NCBI GenBank assembly: GCA_963833125.1
Contig: CAWHWX010000014.1
Span: forward strand, 1 to 64,000
DNA: 64,000 bases
From: Candidatus Bathyarchaeota archaeon
GTDB lineage: Archaea > Thermoproteota > Bathyarchaeia > 40CM-2-53-6
Direction of reading: 5' to 3'
Both the position numbers and the translations under genes were made by a program. Below, piece after piece: positions 51,694 to 64,000 of the stretch. Position 1 is the stretch's first letter; each line of letters begins with the position of its first letter. A model generated the notes under the pieces. That model ran no database searches. It had not been told where the DNA came from and saw nothing but the letters and a program-made list of their open reading frames with translations.

Positions 51694-51811
51694 ATTTGGC
51701 ACGATCAGCCTGAGTGCTGACTAGCCAAGTCCCGGCAAGTGAGACTCTTAAATTCTCGCGTAATTAGACGTAAAATGCGAAACTGAACATTTCATAAGTC
51801 TGTGATAGCGG

Positions 51812-52087
51812 ATGCACATTGGTCTCAAGGAAATTGACCCACAAATCAAGCCTCAAATTGAGGCACCAGCGAAGGTTCTAGCAAAATTGGAGATGCAACG
51901 AGATACCCTAGGTAACGCTACTAACTATCAAGAAAGGTATTTTCTATGGAAGCCGCTTGACGATAGATGTAAGCTACTCAAGAATGAGCTTTTGCAATTA
52001 GGCATAGCCCTCGGAGTAACGAAAGAACAAATTGATTCGACGATTAAAGAAGAAAAATCACGGTTTTCCTCGCCAGCCTCAGTTTAG
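51812..52087 (+). CDS. Hypothetical protein
   Basis: 91-aa ORF with ATG start and helical composition. Confidence 0.45.
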   Translation: MHIGLKEIDPQIKPQIEAPAKVLAKLEMQRDTLGNATNYQERYFLWKPLDDRCKLLKNELLQLGIALGVTKEQIDSTIKEEKSRFSSPASV

Positions 52088-52269
52088 GCTGATTTTCTAC
52101 TAGAAATCATCCGACGAAAGGTACCACACCTAACCGCTAACCGGTGGAACTCATCAGCCGAATTCAAATCGCACGATTTTCGCACGTGTGACTCGAAGTA
52201 TCCAGGGATAAGGATTATCAGGACGACGACAGAGAACGGTTTTCTGTATCGGTTTGCCGGGTAAATGAA

Positions 52270-53700
52270 ATGGCGAAGGTCTACGTTTACCTGTGGTTTG
52301 ATATTGAGGATTACGTTACTGAGGAGTCCCACGAACTTCCCCTTACGGCTTTCCGTATCTTAAGCAAATACAACGTGCCAGTCACCTGCAAGATGGTTGC
52401 GGAGAAAGTTCGCGCACTCAGAGACCGAGGCCGAGACGACGTAATCCAAGCAATATCTGAACACGATGTTGGATACCACCTCGACACCCATAGCAGACAT
52501 CCCACCCTGTACGAGTACCTCGCCGACTTGAATGTGCAGGCCGGTGCGAAAGAGTTCCTCACACGAGAGACCGACGGTCTCTTATTGGTTAAGCAGACTT
52601 TTGGTAGAGAACCTTCGTGTTTCGGTCATCCAGGACCAACATGGGCTCCACACGTCTATCCTGCTCTGCAAGAGATGGGAATTCCCCTGTACTTGGACGA
52701 AACGCGCATATTGAATCTTGAAAACGCGCCCTACTGGTATTGTGGACTTTTGAATCTTAATGGTGCAAATCGTAACTTCATCGTTTTCGATTTTAGCTTC
52801 GAGAACCCTCGCGCAATTGAGTCTTTGAAACGCAAATTCAAGGCTGCCTACCTCAGAATTCAACGAGATCAAAGAAGCGGTTTCGTTAGCATACTCTTTC
52901 ATCTGCACACGGCCATCAACAAGAAGTTCTGGGACGAGGTCAACTTCGGTCATGGCAAGAATCCTACAAAAGAAGAATACGTGCGCCCACCGCCTCAACC
53001 TCGCGATGTGACACTAAGGGCTTGGAACGATTTTGAAGAGCTGATCGATTACATCAAACACTTCAAAAATGTACAATTCATAACGGCAAGAGACGCGCAA
53101 AAGGTTTGCGAGGACACAGGTCCGCGAACTCTCAACCTAGCTCAACTGAAACTAGTTTCGAAACACTACAGTACTTCAACTGACTTTTGGAGGAAGGGGC
53201 AGGCTTGCCTCTCCCCAGCAGAAGCATTCTATGCCATCACCAACGCACTCGCCACTTTTGCTAATACAAGCAAAATTGTCGGGCAGATCAAGGTGGGGAT
53301 GCCCTTAGGGCCGATGGAATCGTTTCGAAGGAAAGGTAGAATGGCGATTCAAACACATGAATTTCTGGCCGCCATTCAGAACGTACTTGATTACATAGAC
53401 GCGGAAAAACATGTGCCAAGCATGATCGAAGTCGGTGCGCGCGCGTTAAGCCCCGAGAGCTTCCTTGTTACGGCCTCGAGATTGCTTAACAGAATTCTTT
53501 CAGGCAAGAAAATCCCAACGACAATGCACACGTCTGAGGGCAGACCACCCAACCTCAAGTACATCGATGATTCTAACTTCAGACAGGCATGCAAATGGAA
53601 TGTGTTACCTCTGAACTTCAAGGCTCCCCGGATACTTGAGCAAATCAAGCTCCAAGCGTGGACGCTTAAACCAGCAATCATACGCTCCGAAATGGCGTGA
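52270..53700 (+). CDS. Polysaccharide deacetylase / glycoside hydrolase 57-like fold protein
   Basis: LWFDIED, HDVGYH...HSRHP, SILFH. Confidence 0.7.
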   Translation: MAKVYVYLWFDIEDYVTEESHELPLTAFRILSKYNVPVTCKMVAEKVRALRDRGRDDVIQAISEHDVGYHLDTHSRHPTLYEYLADLNVQAGAKEFLTRETDGLLLVKQTFGREPSCFGHPGPTWAPHVYPALQEMGIPLYLDETRILNLENAPYWYCGLLNLNGANRNFIVFDFSFENPRAIESLKRKFKAAYLRIQRDQRSGFVSILFHLHTAINKKFWDEVNFGHGKNPTKEEYVRPPPQPRDVTLRAWNDFEELIDYIKHFKNVQFITARDAQKVCEDTGPRTLNLAQLKLVSKHYSTSTDFWRKGQACLSPAEAFYAITNALATFANTSKIVGQIKVGMPLGPMESFRRKGRMAIQTHEFLAAIQNVLDYIDAEKHVPSMIEVGARALSPESFLVTASRLLNRILSGKKIPTTMHTSEGRPPNLKYIDDSNFRQACKWNVLPLNFKAPRILEQIKLQAWTLKPAIIRSEMA

Positions 53701-53707
53701 TTCGATC

Positions 53708-55108
53708 ATGCATTCCGTGGACTTGGTTATCGAACAAGGAACGATTGTCTCACCAGAAACCAGCTTTGTTGCATCAATTGCCATTGACAATGGCAAGATA
53801 GTTGCGATGGGCCACCGAGCGACCATGCCCAGAAGCGACCGACGGATCGATGCCCACGGAAAAATGGTTCTCCCCGGAGCGATAGACGCGCATGTTCACA
53901 TTGGACAACCTTGGGAGGGAACGAAGCGACCGGTCTACTATGCCGAAGACATTGAGTCAGCAACTATGGCTTCAGCGATGGCCGGAACGACGACAATATG
54001 TGACATGCCGGACTCAATGCCTCTTGTTACATCGGAGTCAGTCTTCAAACGGAAGGTCCAGTTCTGGGCTGATAGGTCCTATGTTGATTACGGCCTGCAC
54101 GCCGGCTTTGTTCCTGATACTGATTTCGAGAGGCTCATACCACCATTATGGAGAGCCGGACCAACAGCCCTCAAGACATTCATGTGTTTTTCAGAGGATA
54201 TCTGGCCAGCAATGCTGGACGGAGAATTGTTCGATGCGCTCAAAGTGATAAGCGAAGTAAATGGTTTCGCAATTCTTCACGCTGAAAACGACAGCATGCT
54301 AACTCAAAACAAGAAGAAACTGGACAAGGAGCACCGAATCGATTTTCAATCCCATTTAGAGTGGCGGCCTCCCATAGTCGAATATGAAGCGGATCGAAGA
54401 GCCATCTTCCTCCTACGAGAGGCCCACACAAGAGGCCTGATTGTACATACCAGCGTTCCAGAAGGCGTAGGAGAAGTTTGCGCCGCACGCGCGAAGGGAC
54501 AGGAAGTCTACGTTGAGACTTGCCAACACTACTTGTACCTGACCGCTAAAGATGTCGAAAGACGTGGCCCGTGGGTGAAATGTTCCCCTCCCCTCCGTGA
54601 TAAGGCGAGAGTGCTTCAGCTTCGGCGTCAACTTGCAAATGGACAAATTGATTCCGTTGGTTCCGACCACTCACCGTTTAGCAAGGAAGATGTCAGGAGA
54701 TCAGAGTCGAACATATGGAAGGCCGAGGCCGGTATGCCAGAACTCGAAACAGGGATGCCGCTAATGCTGAATGGGGCGAAGGAGGGTTGGATTACTCTCA
54801 ACAGGGTGGTGGCATGCACCTCCGAGAACCCAGCTCGAATCTACGGCTTGTATCCAAGAAAGGGCACGATAAGCGTAGGGTCGGATGCGGACCTGATTGT
54901 TGTTGACATGAAAAGACGATGGAAGGTAAGGGATTCAGAGCTGAAAATGAAGAGCGGCTGGTCTCCCTATAATGGAAAGACGCTCAGCGGGACCCCAATA
55001 TTGACCATCGTCAGGGGATCTATTGTTATGGAGAGCCGCGAGATAGTTGGCGAAAAGGGTTATGGAAAATTCCAGCGACGTAATGAGCGAGCCAAAGCGG
55101 CCTCTTGA
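53708..55108 (+). CDS. Cyclic amidohydrolase (allantoinase/dihydroorotase/hydantoinase family)
   Basis: PGAIDAHVH, GTTTICDMP, HAEN, ETCQHYL, KCSPPLR, SDHSP, SENPARIYGL. Confidence 0.9.
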   Translation: MHSVDLVIEQGTIVSPETSFVASIAIDNGKIVAMGHRATMPRSDRRIDAHGKMVLPGAIDAHVHIGQPWEGTKRPVYYAEDIESATMASAMAGTTTICDMPDSMPLVTSESVFKRKVQFWADRSYVDYGLHAGFVPDTDFERLIPPLWRAGPTALKTFMCFSEDIWPAMLDGELFDALKVISEVNGFAILHAENDSMLTQNKKKLDKEHRIDFQSHLEWRPPIVEYEADRRAIFLLREAHTRGLIVHTSVPEGVGEVCAARAKGQEVYVETCQHYLYLTAKDVERRGPWVKCSPPLRDKARVLQLRRQLANGQIDSVGSDHSPFSKEDVRRSESNIWKAEAGMPELETGMPLMLNGAKEGWITLNRVVACTSENPARIYGLYPRKGTISVGSDADLIVVDMKRRWKVRDSELKMKSGWSPYNGKTLSGTPILTIVRGSIVMESREIVGEKGYGKFQRRNERAKAAS

Positions 55109-55137
55109 TTATCAAACAGCAACGTCAAGTATTATTC

Positions 55138-56094
55138 TTAGCCAGATACGAATAACCTACTCTTTACGCCCTTTTCATCGATGTTTACGATGATTCCGCG
55201 CAAGATACCTTCACCATATTCGCTGCCAGGGTTATAGCAGATAGTCTTCCCTATCTTCGCTTCTCCTCTCGCTTCATGAATGTGTCCATGAAGTGCCATC
55301 ATGGGTTGGTACTTTTCAATCGTCTTTCGGACAGCTGTGCTTCCAACCGCAATCATCTCGACGCCGGTTCCTGGGGAGACAACTGGTTTGAGGTCTTTGC
55401 CTATCCTTGGGGCCACATCTATGCCTGAATTGTAAGGAGGACAGTGAAAGTTGAATATGCATCGATTCATATCTTTTACCTGTGAGGCCATGGATTCGAT
55501 CTTATTCTCCAGTTCCTGTTCGCTGCTCTCGCGAGGACTATCCCAAGGAGTTGGATTGCTGAATCCTGAACTGATCATTTCGTGGTGATCATCGATCATG
55601 ACAACTTTTCCCTCAGGGTTTACGATAGTGTTTGAAGAATTCAGAACGTCGTCTATTGCGAAGGAGTCGTCGTTTCCAGGCGTCATGTAGATCTTTGCTT
55701 TGAGATCTTTCAGGCGCTGCTCTGCAAGCTCCATCCATCGTTTGAGGGTCTCAGCCATGAGTTGGTTGAAGAGTGCGTCAACCTTCGTTGGATCTTTATT
55801 CAACGCCTCCATCTCTGTTGAATTGGTGTAGTATGGATAGAATCCGTTGAATCGAATATTATCCTCAAGTTTCTGCACCTCGGCTTTGTCCTTTACGATC
55901 ACCTCGGTTCCTAGGAGCTTTGACCTGAAGGTGTTTTCATCGACCTTGACGATGGGGACGATCATTTTACCTGTCATATCGCCGCCCATTATCACAACAT
56001 GAGCGTCATACATCTTGGCAGCGTTGAGAAACTTGATGAAGACTCTTTCGGAGCCGTGCAGGTCAGTTGTATAAAATATCCTAGTTATTGCCAT
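55138..56094 (-). CDS. Calcineurin-like metallophosphoesterase (Icc-related)
   Basis: TDLHGS, GGDMTGK, PGNDD, HCPP, LHGHIHE, NPGS. Confidence 0.9.
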   Translation of the reverse strand: MAITRIFYTTDLHGSERVFIKFLNAAKMYDAHVVIMGGDMTGKMIVPIVKVDENTFRSKLLGTEVIVKDKAEVQKLEDNIRFNGFYPYYTNSTEMEALNKDPTKVDALFNQLMAETLKRWMELAEQRLKDLKAKIYMTPGNDDSFAIDDVLNSSNTIVNPEGKVVMIDDHHEMISSGFSNPTPWDSPRESSEQELENKIESMASQVKDMNRCIFNFHCPPYNSGIDVAPRIGKDLKPVVSPGTGVEMIAVGSTAVRKTIEKYQPMMALHGHIHEARGEAKIGKTICYNPGSEYGEGILRGIIVNIDEKGVKSRLFVSG

Positions 56095-56900
56095 TCTTTT
56101 ACATCTCTAATTGCTTCATCAACTTCATTGTACCATTTCTTTTTCTCGCCAATCCTGGCACGAAATTTGAATCGTGATGTCTTAGGTTCGTCTTCTATTC
56201 GCGCTATTAATTGGTTGATCTTTGATTTGACGTCGTCTTTGTCTTGTTTTTCTATCTTGAAGTCCTCCAACAGCAGCTCGGTTTTCTTGAGGTTGTTCGT
56301 CACTGTGTGGCAGAAGCCCCAGTTTTCGCTCATTAGTTTCGCGATGTAATTCGCGTTTATCGATTCCTTGTCAGAATCTGATATTGGATGGGCTCGGATG
56401 AGGAGGACAGCGTCTTTGACGTCTTTCTCGTTAATTTCATGGATTTGCAGCTTTGCGAGCAGAAGGTCGGCGACTGGGATTGTTGGAGTGTCGACTTCAA
56501 GTCGTTTGCTGAGATCAATTAGATGGCTCATTTCGATTTTGTCGAAGAATATGTCAGCGTTTAAGCCACTGCCGTCTTCCACGTATATCTGCCTATAGGC
56601 CCAAATCGCAGGTGTTTTTCTGATCCTTGGCTCAGCATTGAAACCATTGCGCTTGAAGAATGGTTCCAACTTTCCGCGGGTCTTATCGTGAGTTATGAGA
56701 TCGATGTCTGCGAATGCGATTTCTCTATCTAGTTTGTGGAAGAGATCTAGAAATTCTTGACTATGTACTCTTACAGCCAAGCCACCAAGTATCCTTAGGA
56801 CTAGGCCCTCCTTCTGTGCATTTTCGACTAAGCCGCAAGCCCTAGAACGAGAATATTCCGAAGAAAACGGGGTTTTTCCACGGTCTTCCATCTGCCACAC
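56085..56900 (-). CDS. Nucleotidyltransferase-like protein
   Basis: LGGLAV...DIDL (hG-x-DxD pattern), third acidic residue in ADIF, DLLLAKLQI.EINEKD. Confidence 0.65.
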   Translation of the reverse strand: MWQMEDRGKTPFSSEYSRSRACGLVENAQKEGLVLRILGGLAVRVHSQEFLDLFHKLDREIAFADIDLITHDKTRGKLEPFFKRNGFNAEPRIRKTPAIWAYRQIYVEDGSGLNADIFFDKIEMSHLIDLSKRLEVDTPTIPVADLLLAKLQIHEINEKDVKDAVLLIRAHPISDSDKESINANYIAKLMSENWGFCHTVTNNLKKTELLLEDFKIEKQDKDDVKSKINQLIARIEDEPKTSRFKFRARIGEKKKWYNEVDEAIRDVKEWQ

Positions 56901-56910
56901 GCAGTCGCGC

Positions 56911-58540
56911 TTAGCTTGGAGGTATCTCTTTAAAGACTAGCGATAGGTCGAGCCCTCGTGATTTCTGTACACTTCTTGCCACCAAGAAGACGACTAAACC
57001 AATCACGAAGATTAGACCAAGTATTACGAGTGATATGTTAGACAGATTCGCAGGAATGCCGGCGTAGCTTGGGTTAATGGCCACCATCACATCCATTGCA
57101 ATTACTGAGAGAGCTCCAAGTATACCGAAGATCGTTATTATGGGCACACCTGCGACTCTCTTCTTAACGTATGTCGGTTGCGCTTCGAACATGTCCTTCT
57201 TTATGAACGGAAAGGCAGCCCCAGCCGCGCACGCCACCAACCAAGCCGTGTTGTATCCGGTAGTGAAATTGGAGTATGAAAATGCTATAGGGAAAATCAG
57301 TTGGTAGAAGGCAATCCCGAATATCGCGAATATCGTGATAGTGATTACTGAACGTACGGGCGTGTGGTATTTCGTATTGACCTCAGAGAACCAACTTGGT
57401 ATAACACCGTCAAAGCTCCATGCAAACATGTTACGAGTAGCAATGAGGTAGTATGACATTGCTAGCAAGTAGAGCCATGATATCATCCCTACCAAGGTTA
57501 GAATGACCATCCAAATATTCGGCACCGCAATGTCGACGATAAGTGGCAAGAACGGAGAGACTGGCAAAGTGTAGGATGAAGGAACATTGAAGGCAAGGTA
57601 ACTTAGTGAGGACATGAACTCATACCCTGTTGCGTTGAACAGAGCCACTCCGATCAAGGTGTCGAAAACAAAAATGCCTACGAGTGCTCCAATCGTTGAC
57701 CAAACGGCAGTTTTGCTTACTTCTTTAATTTCGCCTGAAAAGAAGTTAACGATATTTGCGCCTCCTAGCGTGAAGTAGCTTATGGGTAGAGTAATCATCG
57801 TTCCCGCCAACACGGCGCCCCAGTTTACTGCGATATTCATGCCATTGCTGTGAGCAGATTGGATGAACATTTGGTAGCTATTCGTGCTGTTCGTATATGG
57901 ATGAGCGAACGTGTTGAACGAATGTTATGAAGCTGCTAAGCGGAGTTGTACCAAGGACTACGATCCAGACAATGACGGTTATCATTCCGAGAACAAAAGT
58001 GATCAGGTTCACGGCTTTGAGCCATTTCACATCGGCAATCATTAACACCATAATGAACAGCATCGTGACCGTGCCGATGACGAAACCCCAAATCGGCTGA
58101 GTCGCAGCCTGCCCCAGTGACGTCAAGTAGCTGTCACTTAGGGCGGCCCCACCGACCGTAAGGGAGGTAGAAACGGCAGTTCCAGCCATGAAGAGACAGT
58201 TCCATGCGATACCAAGTATGGATAGCACGGTCCAGAAGAAATTGTTCGCGAAACCTAGAGTCGGGTTAACGATTCTGCTAACGAACACATAGTCCCCTCC
58301 CGATCTAGGCATAGCAACTGTGATCTGAGAATAAGTCAGGACGACGAACAGGTTGAGAACCATCGCGATGAACAAACTAAGGGCATAATTGTAGCCTGGA
58401 GCAAATGCCAAACTACTTGAGTAGACGAGAAGAGTGCCCGATCCTAAGTTAATTGCACCCACAGCGATAATGAGCGTATCGAAAACTCCGAACGGTCTCG
58501 TAAGTCCTGTCGCTTTTCTGATGAAAACTTCCTTGCTCAA
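56911..58540 (-). CDS. APC-family permease; frameshift near 57900-57930
   Basis: FIRKATGLTR, MPRSGGDYVF, RNMFAWSFDGVIP, FKEIPP spread over two ORFs. Confidence 0.88.
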
Positions 58541-58680
58541 TTTTTCTCAAGCTAGAATCGATGCTATGACTATTTAACAGTTCGCGCCGTGTTTTAATTT
58601 GACGGAAATCGCGAAACGTTGGCTTAGCCAAAAGTAAAAAGTATAGAGAATATACCATAAATCAGCAAGCGAATGGGAAT

Positions 58681-59202
58681 TTGACCAAACCAAACCACAT
58701 AGCATATCACCATCTAGACGAGCTCGACATGAGAATAATTGCGGAGCTGCAGAAGGATTGCAGAGCCCCACTCATGATCCTGGCTAAGAGACTAGGTACT
58801 TCCAAGTCAACGATTCACTATCGGATAAGTCGACTCGAAAAGGATGGCATCATTGAGGGATATTATGCATACATTAGCCCCCTCAAACTGCGTCGGGAAT
58901 ACGCGGCTATTGTCCTCACGAGAGCCAGGACGGGAATCGGCTTAGACCAGAGGATGAGGATCGGCAAACGAATTGCAGCTGTCCCTGGGATTTGGGGCGT
59001 CTATGCGGTCTTTGGAGAGTACGATTTCATATTTCTAGTCAGGGCGGACTCGCGCCAGGATCTCGCTGAGAAAGTGAACGCAGTCACAACCATACGCGAC
59101 GTTGACCGGACTAGCTCCCAAATCGTAGAGATCGTAATAAAGGAGGATTCTAGGATCGAAATGGAAGAAAGGAAAAGATCCAGAACTTCATCCGCTAGAT
59201 AG
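58681..59202 (+). CDS. Lrp/AsnC family regulator
   Basis: LDELDMRII.ELQKDCR, STIHYRISRLEKDGIIEGY, GEYDF. Confidence 0.92.
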   Translation: MTKPNHIAYHHLDELDMRIIAELQKDCRAPLMILAKRLGTSKSTIHYRISRLEKDGIIEGYYAYISPLKLRREYAAIVLTRARTGIGLDQRMRIGKRIAAVPGIWGVYAVFGEYDFIFLVRADSRQDLAEKVNAVTTIRDVDRTSSQIVEIVIKEDSRIEMEERKRSRTSSAR

Positions 59203-59307
59203 CACCCCGTGCAACTCAGGTGCTAGAGTTCAGGCTGATTTACTGAACTGAATCTACAATCAATACTCTTTTATCGTCAACTTCTGAATTTCGTTTGCCG
59301 ATTTCCC

Positions 59308-60258
59308 ATGTCGTTCAAAGGAAGAGATATCATATCCCTGGGAGATTTCACTCGAAAAGATATTGATCTGGTTCTTTCGACCGCAAGAAAATTGGAGCCG
59401 ATCGCAGCTAAACGTAGGCGTAGTACGCTTCTGAAGAATAACCTTCTCGCGACGTTGTTTTTTGAGCCGAGCACTCGTACGAGATTGAGTTTTGAGGCTG
59501 CGATGCAGCGGTTGGGCGGTGGGGTAATTGGTTTCGCCGATCCCAAAACGTCGCGAGCTGGCGATTGGCGCGGTGAAACTCTTGAGGACACTATCAAAGT
59601 CGTCAACGAATACGCCGACGTAATTGTAATGCGCAACTTCATCGAGGGAACTGCTGCTACCGCTGCCAAGGCCGCAAAGGTTCCGGTGATCAATGCGGGT
59701 GATGGCTCGAATGAGCACCCGACGCAGGGTTTACTCGACTTATACACGATCTTGCGTGAGAAGAAGAAAATCGACGGTCTTACAGTCGGCTTGGTGGGAG
59801 ATTTGAGGAACGAGCGAACGTTCCATTCAATGGCTTATGGACTCGCTAATTTCAAAGTAAATCTCATCTTCGTCCACCCGCCAGGTACAAGCTTACCTGA
59901 CCCGATACTGGCGAGGATCAACGAAAGAGGATTGTCGACACGTACGGTTACGAGACTTGAAGAAGTGGTTCACGAACTTGACGTGCTGTACACTGACACT
60001 ACTCGTAAAGAGGCGTTCAAGGACGAAAACGAATTCGACAAATTCCATGCGGCATATCCGCACATCAATCTGAAGACACTTGAACACGCTAAGAAGGGCA
60101 TGATGATCCTGCACCCCTTACCGAGGACTGACGGCATTGACTTCCAACTCGACCCGAAAGTCGACTCGACACCGTACGCCTACTACTTCAAAGAAGTATT
60201 CTATGGAGTAGTCGCGAGAATGGCAATTCTAAGCCTAGTCTTAGGAGCCAAAGTATAA
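59308..60258 (+). CDS. pyrB: Aspartate carbamoyltransferase-like transcarbamylase (divergent)
   Basis: FFEPSTRTRLSFE, NAGDG..EHPTQ, HPLPR conserved; aspartate-site motif altered. Confidence 0.7.
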   Translation: MSFKGRDIISLGDFTRKDIDLVLSTARKLEPIAAKRRRSTLLKNNLLATLFFEPSTRTRLSFEAAMQRLGGGVIGFADPKTSRAGDWRGETLEDTIKVVNEYADVIVMRNFIEGTAATAAKAAKVPVINAGDGSNEHPTQGLLDLYTILREKKKIDGLTVGLVGDLRNERTFHSMAYGLANFKVNLIFVHPPGTSLPDPILARINERGLSTRTVTRLEEVVHELDVLYTDTTRKEAFKDENEFDKFHAAYPHINLKTLEHAKKGMMILHPLPRTDGIDFQLDPKVDSTPYAYYFKEVFYGVVARMAILSLVLGAKV

Positions 60259-60355
60259 TCCCGTGCGAGCCGTGACTAGCTGCTCCACTAATCCTGAAGG
60301 ATACCAGACACTAACCTAAATTCGAACTGTGCACCTCATCGATTGAGCGCCAACA

Positions 60356-61091
60356 TTGAAGAAATACCGTAGAACGCTCGGAATACTCGGCGGAATGGGA
60401 CCAGAGGCCACTGCCGCTCTCTACTTGGGCATAGTTAGCAGATGTCAACGGAAATTAGCGGCCAAGTATAACTCCGATTTTCCACAAATCATCATCAACA
60501 GTGCACCTGTTCCCGACGGCCGCATGTGGACAGGGTTCAGCAAGCGTAAGGTTGAACGATTCCTCCGAGACAACATCAAAATTCTGCAAAAAGTCGGAGC
60601 AGATTTCGTCGCCGTACCCTGCAACTCTGTCCACTACTTCATGCCGACCATGCGGGGCGCTGTGCAGATTCCAGTGCTCAGCATCGTAGAGGAAACTGCG
60701 AAAGCGGTCCGAGAAAGAAATCTATCAAAGATACTACTGCTCGCCACAACGTTCACCGCAAACCAAGACGTCTACGACAATTCCTTCTCGACCAAAGGAA
60801 TAGAACTCATAAAACCTAACCGCACGCGAGCAACACATCATCGAACACATCATCGTTAGAGTGGAAGGCGGAAAGCGGTTACACCGCGACAAGAAAACAA
60901 TTCTGAACATTATCAGGAGACACCGAAAGTTGAACGGTGTGGAAGGCGTCGTAGCCGGTTGCACGGAGATTCCTCTCCTGCTGAACCAAGAAGAGCTAGA
61001 GGTCCCTCTCTTCGACACGATCGACGTTCTAGCATCCGAGTCTTACGAGTTGATCACCGGTAGGCGCAGCTTCGCAAATTCCCGAGACTAA
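60356..61091 (+). CDS. Aspartate/glutamate racemase family; frameshift near 60828
   Basis: GILGGMGPEAT, VPCNSVH, AGCTEIPL (two catalytic Cys). Confidence 0.9.
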
Positions 61092-61148
61092 TCAAATTAG
61101 GCAAGGGACTTCAAATGGCCAACTACTGGCGTGGAGAACGTTTAATGT

Positions 61149-61937
61149 GTGGACACTGCTGAGCGGTCAGTCGATTGCAATTTGGAACTAGAGAATAAAG
61201 TTGCGATAGTTACCGGCGGGAGTTCGGGAATCGGACGAGCAATAGCCGTGTTATTTGCTAAGGAGGGTGCTAAGGTCGTGGTTGCAGACATTAACTCAGC
61301 GGAAGAAGTTCTCAAAACGATTCGTCAGAATGGTGGTCGTGCAGAATTCATCAAGACCGATGTAAGCGATAGTTCTCAGGTAAAGCGTCTGGTGGATGAG
61401 ACGTTGCGGTTGTTTGGGGCAGTGGATATTGTCTGCAACAATGCCGGAATAGAACTCTTGAAGTTGCTTACTGATACCGGCGAGAACGAATGGGACAGGG
61501 TCATTGACACAAATCTAAAAGGCCCTTTCCTCGTCTGTAAGTACGTGCTACCTCACATGATTAGCAGAAGGCGTGGTGTGATCGTCAACACTGCCTCCCA
61601 GCTCGGTATTGTAGGGGCTGAGAAGTTCACCGCCTATTGTGCTTCCAAAGGCGGTCTTATTCTCCTGACAAAAGCATTGGCGTTGGAGTGTGCGAAGTAT
61701 GGTATTCGCGTAAACTCCATCTGCCCAGGAGCAATTGAAACACCCTTGCTCGAGAGAGAAGTAAACCTCGACAAGGATCCTGAGGAGGCTAAGATGCGGT
61801 TTGTAAGCAAACATCCGCTTGGCCGGTTGGGAAATCCGGAAGAGATTGCTAATGCCGCCCTATTCCTGGCATCTGATAGATCTTCGTTTGTTACGGGTGA
61901 ATCATTGGTCGTGGACGGCGGCTACGTCGTTCAATGA
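61149..61937 (+). CDS. Short-chain dehydrogenase/reductase
   Basis: TGGSSGIG, NNAG, YCASKGG, VDGG. Confidence 0.93.
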   Translation: MDTAERSVDCNLELENKVAIVTGGSSGIGRAIAVLFAKEGAKVVVADINSAEEVLKTIRQNGGRAEFIKTDVSDSSQVKRLVDETLRLFGAVDIVCNNAGIELLKLLTDTGENEWDRVIDTNLKGPFLVCKYVLPHMISRRRGVIVNTASQLGIVGAEKFTAYCASKGGLILLTKALALECAKYGIRVNSICPGAIETPLLEREVNLDKDPEEAKMRFVSKHPLGRLGNPEEIANAALFLASDRSSFVTGESLVVDGGYVVQ

Positions 61938-62016
61938 GGTCGGTGGTCGATTCGTTAACCCAAAACCTAATTCCCTTTGAGGCCTTTATTGAGTCAATCT
62001 TTGAATGGTGAGTTCG

Positions 62017-64000
<1,984 letters not shown>

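Overview
Archaeal genomic window, most consistent with a TACK lineage such as Bathyarchaeia (CDC48, GTP cyclohydrolase III, tRNA-splicing endonuclease subunit, BHB introns, PEF-CTERM-like surface protein); the taxon is inferred. It holds two sugar/inositol catabolic clusters (1-6.7 kb, 29.6-40.7 kb), housekeeping genes (gltA, hisS, mtnA, dcd, htrA, cdc48), a riboflavin operon and an amino-acid/amide catabolism-like cluster (52-62 kb). About 14 genes are broken by single-base indels, probably long-read assembly errors. Main observations: (1) all six tRNA genes carry introns, 14 bulge-helix-bulge introns in total, three tRNAs have three each, and tRNA-Asp has one in the 3' acceptor strand (68/69); (2) a family of tRNA-3'-end-derived elements, namely a ~230-bp repeat in two copies and a ~30-45-bp TACCGGTAAATTGGGGTCAGAATCCCCT-like site in six copies at gene-module boundaries, including both sides of the riboflavin operon; (3) an unannotated 43-aa signal-peptide-plus-short-tail ORF directly upstream of a tandem wHTH/Lrp-like regulator, a candidate archaeal peptide-signalling module; (4) a divergent ATCase-like enzyme lacking the usual aspartate-binding motif, and an amidohydrolase that may supply the deaminase step of archaeal riboflavin synthesis.
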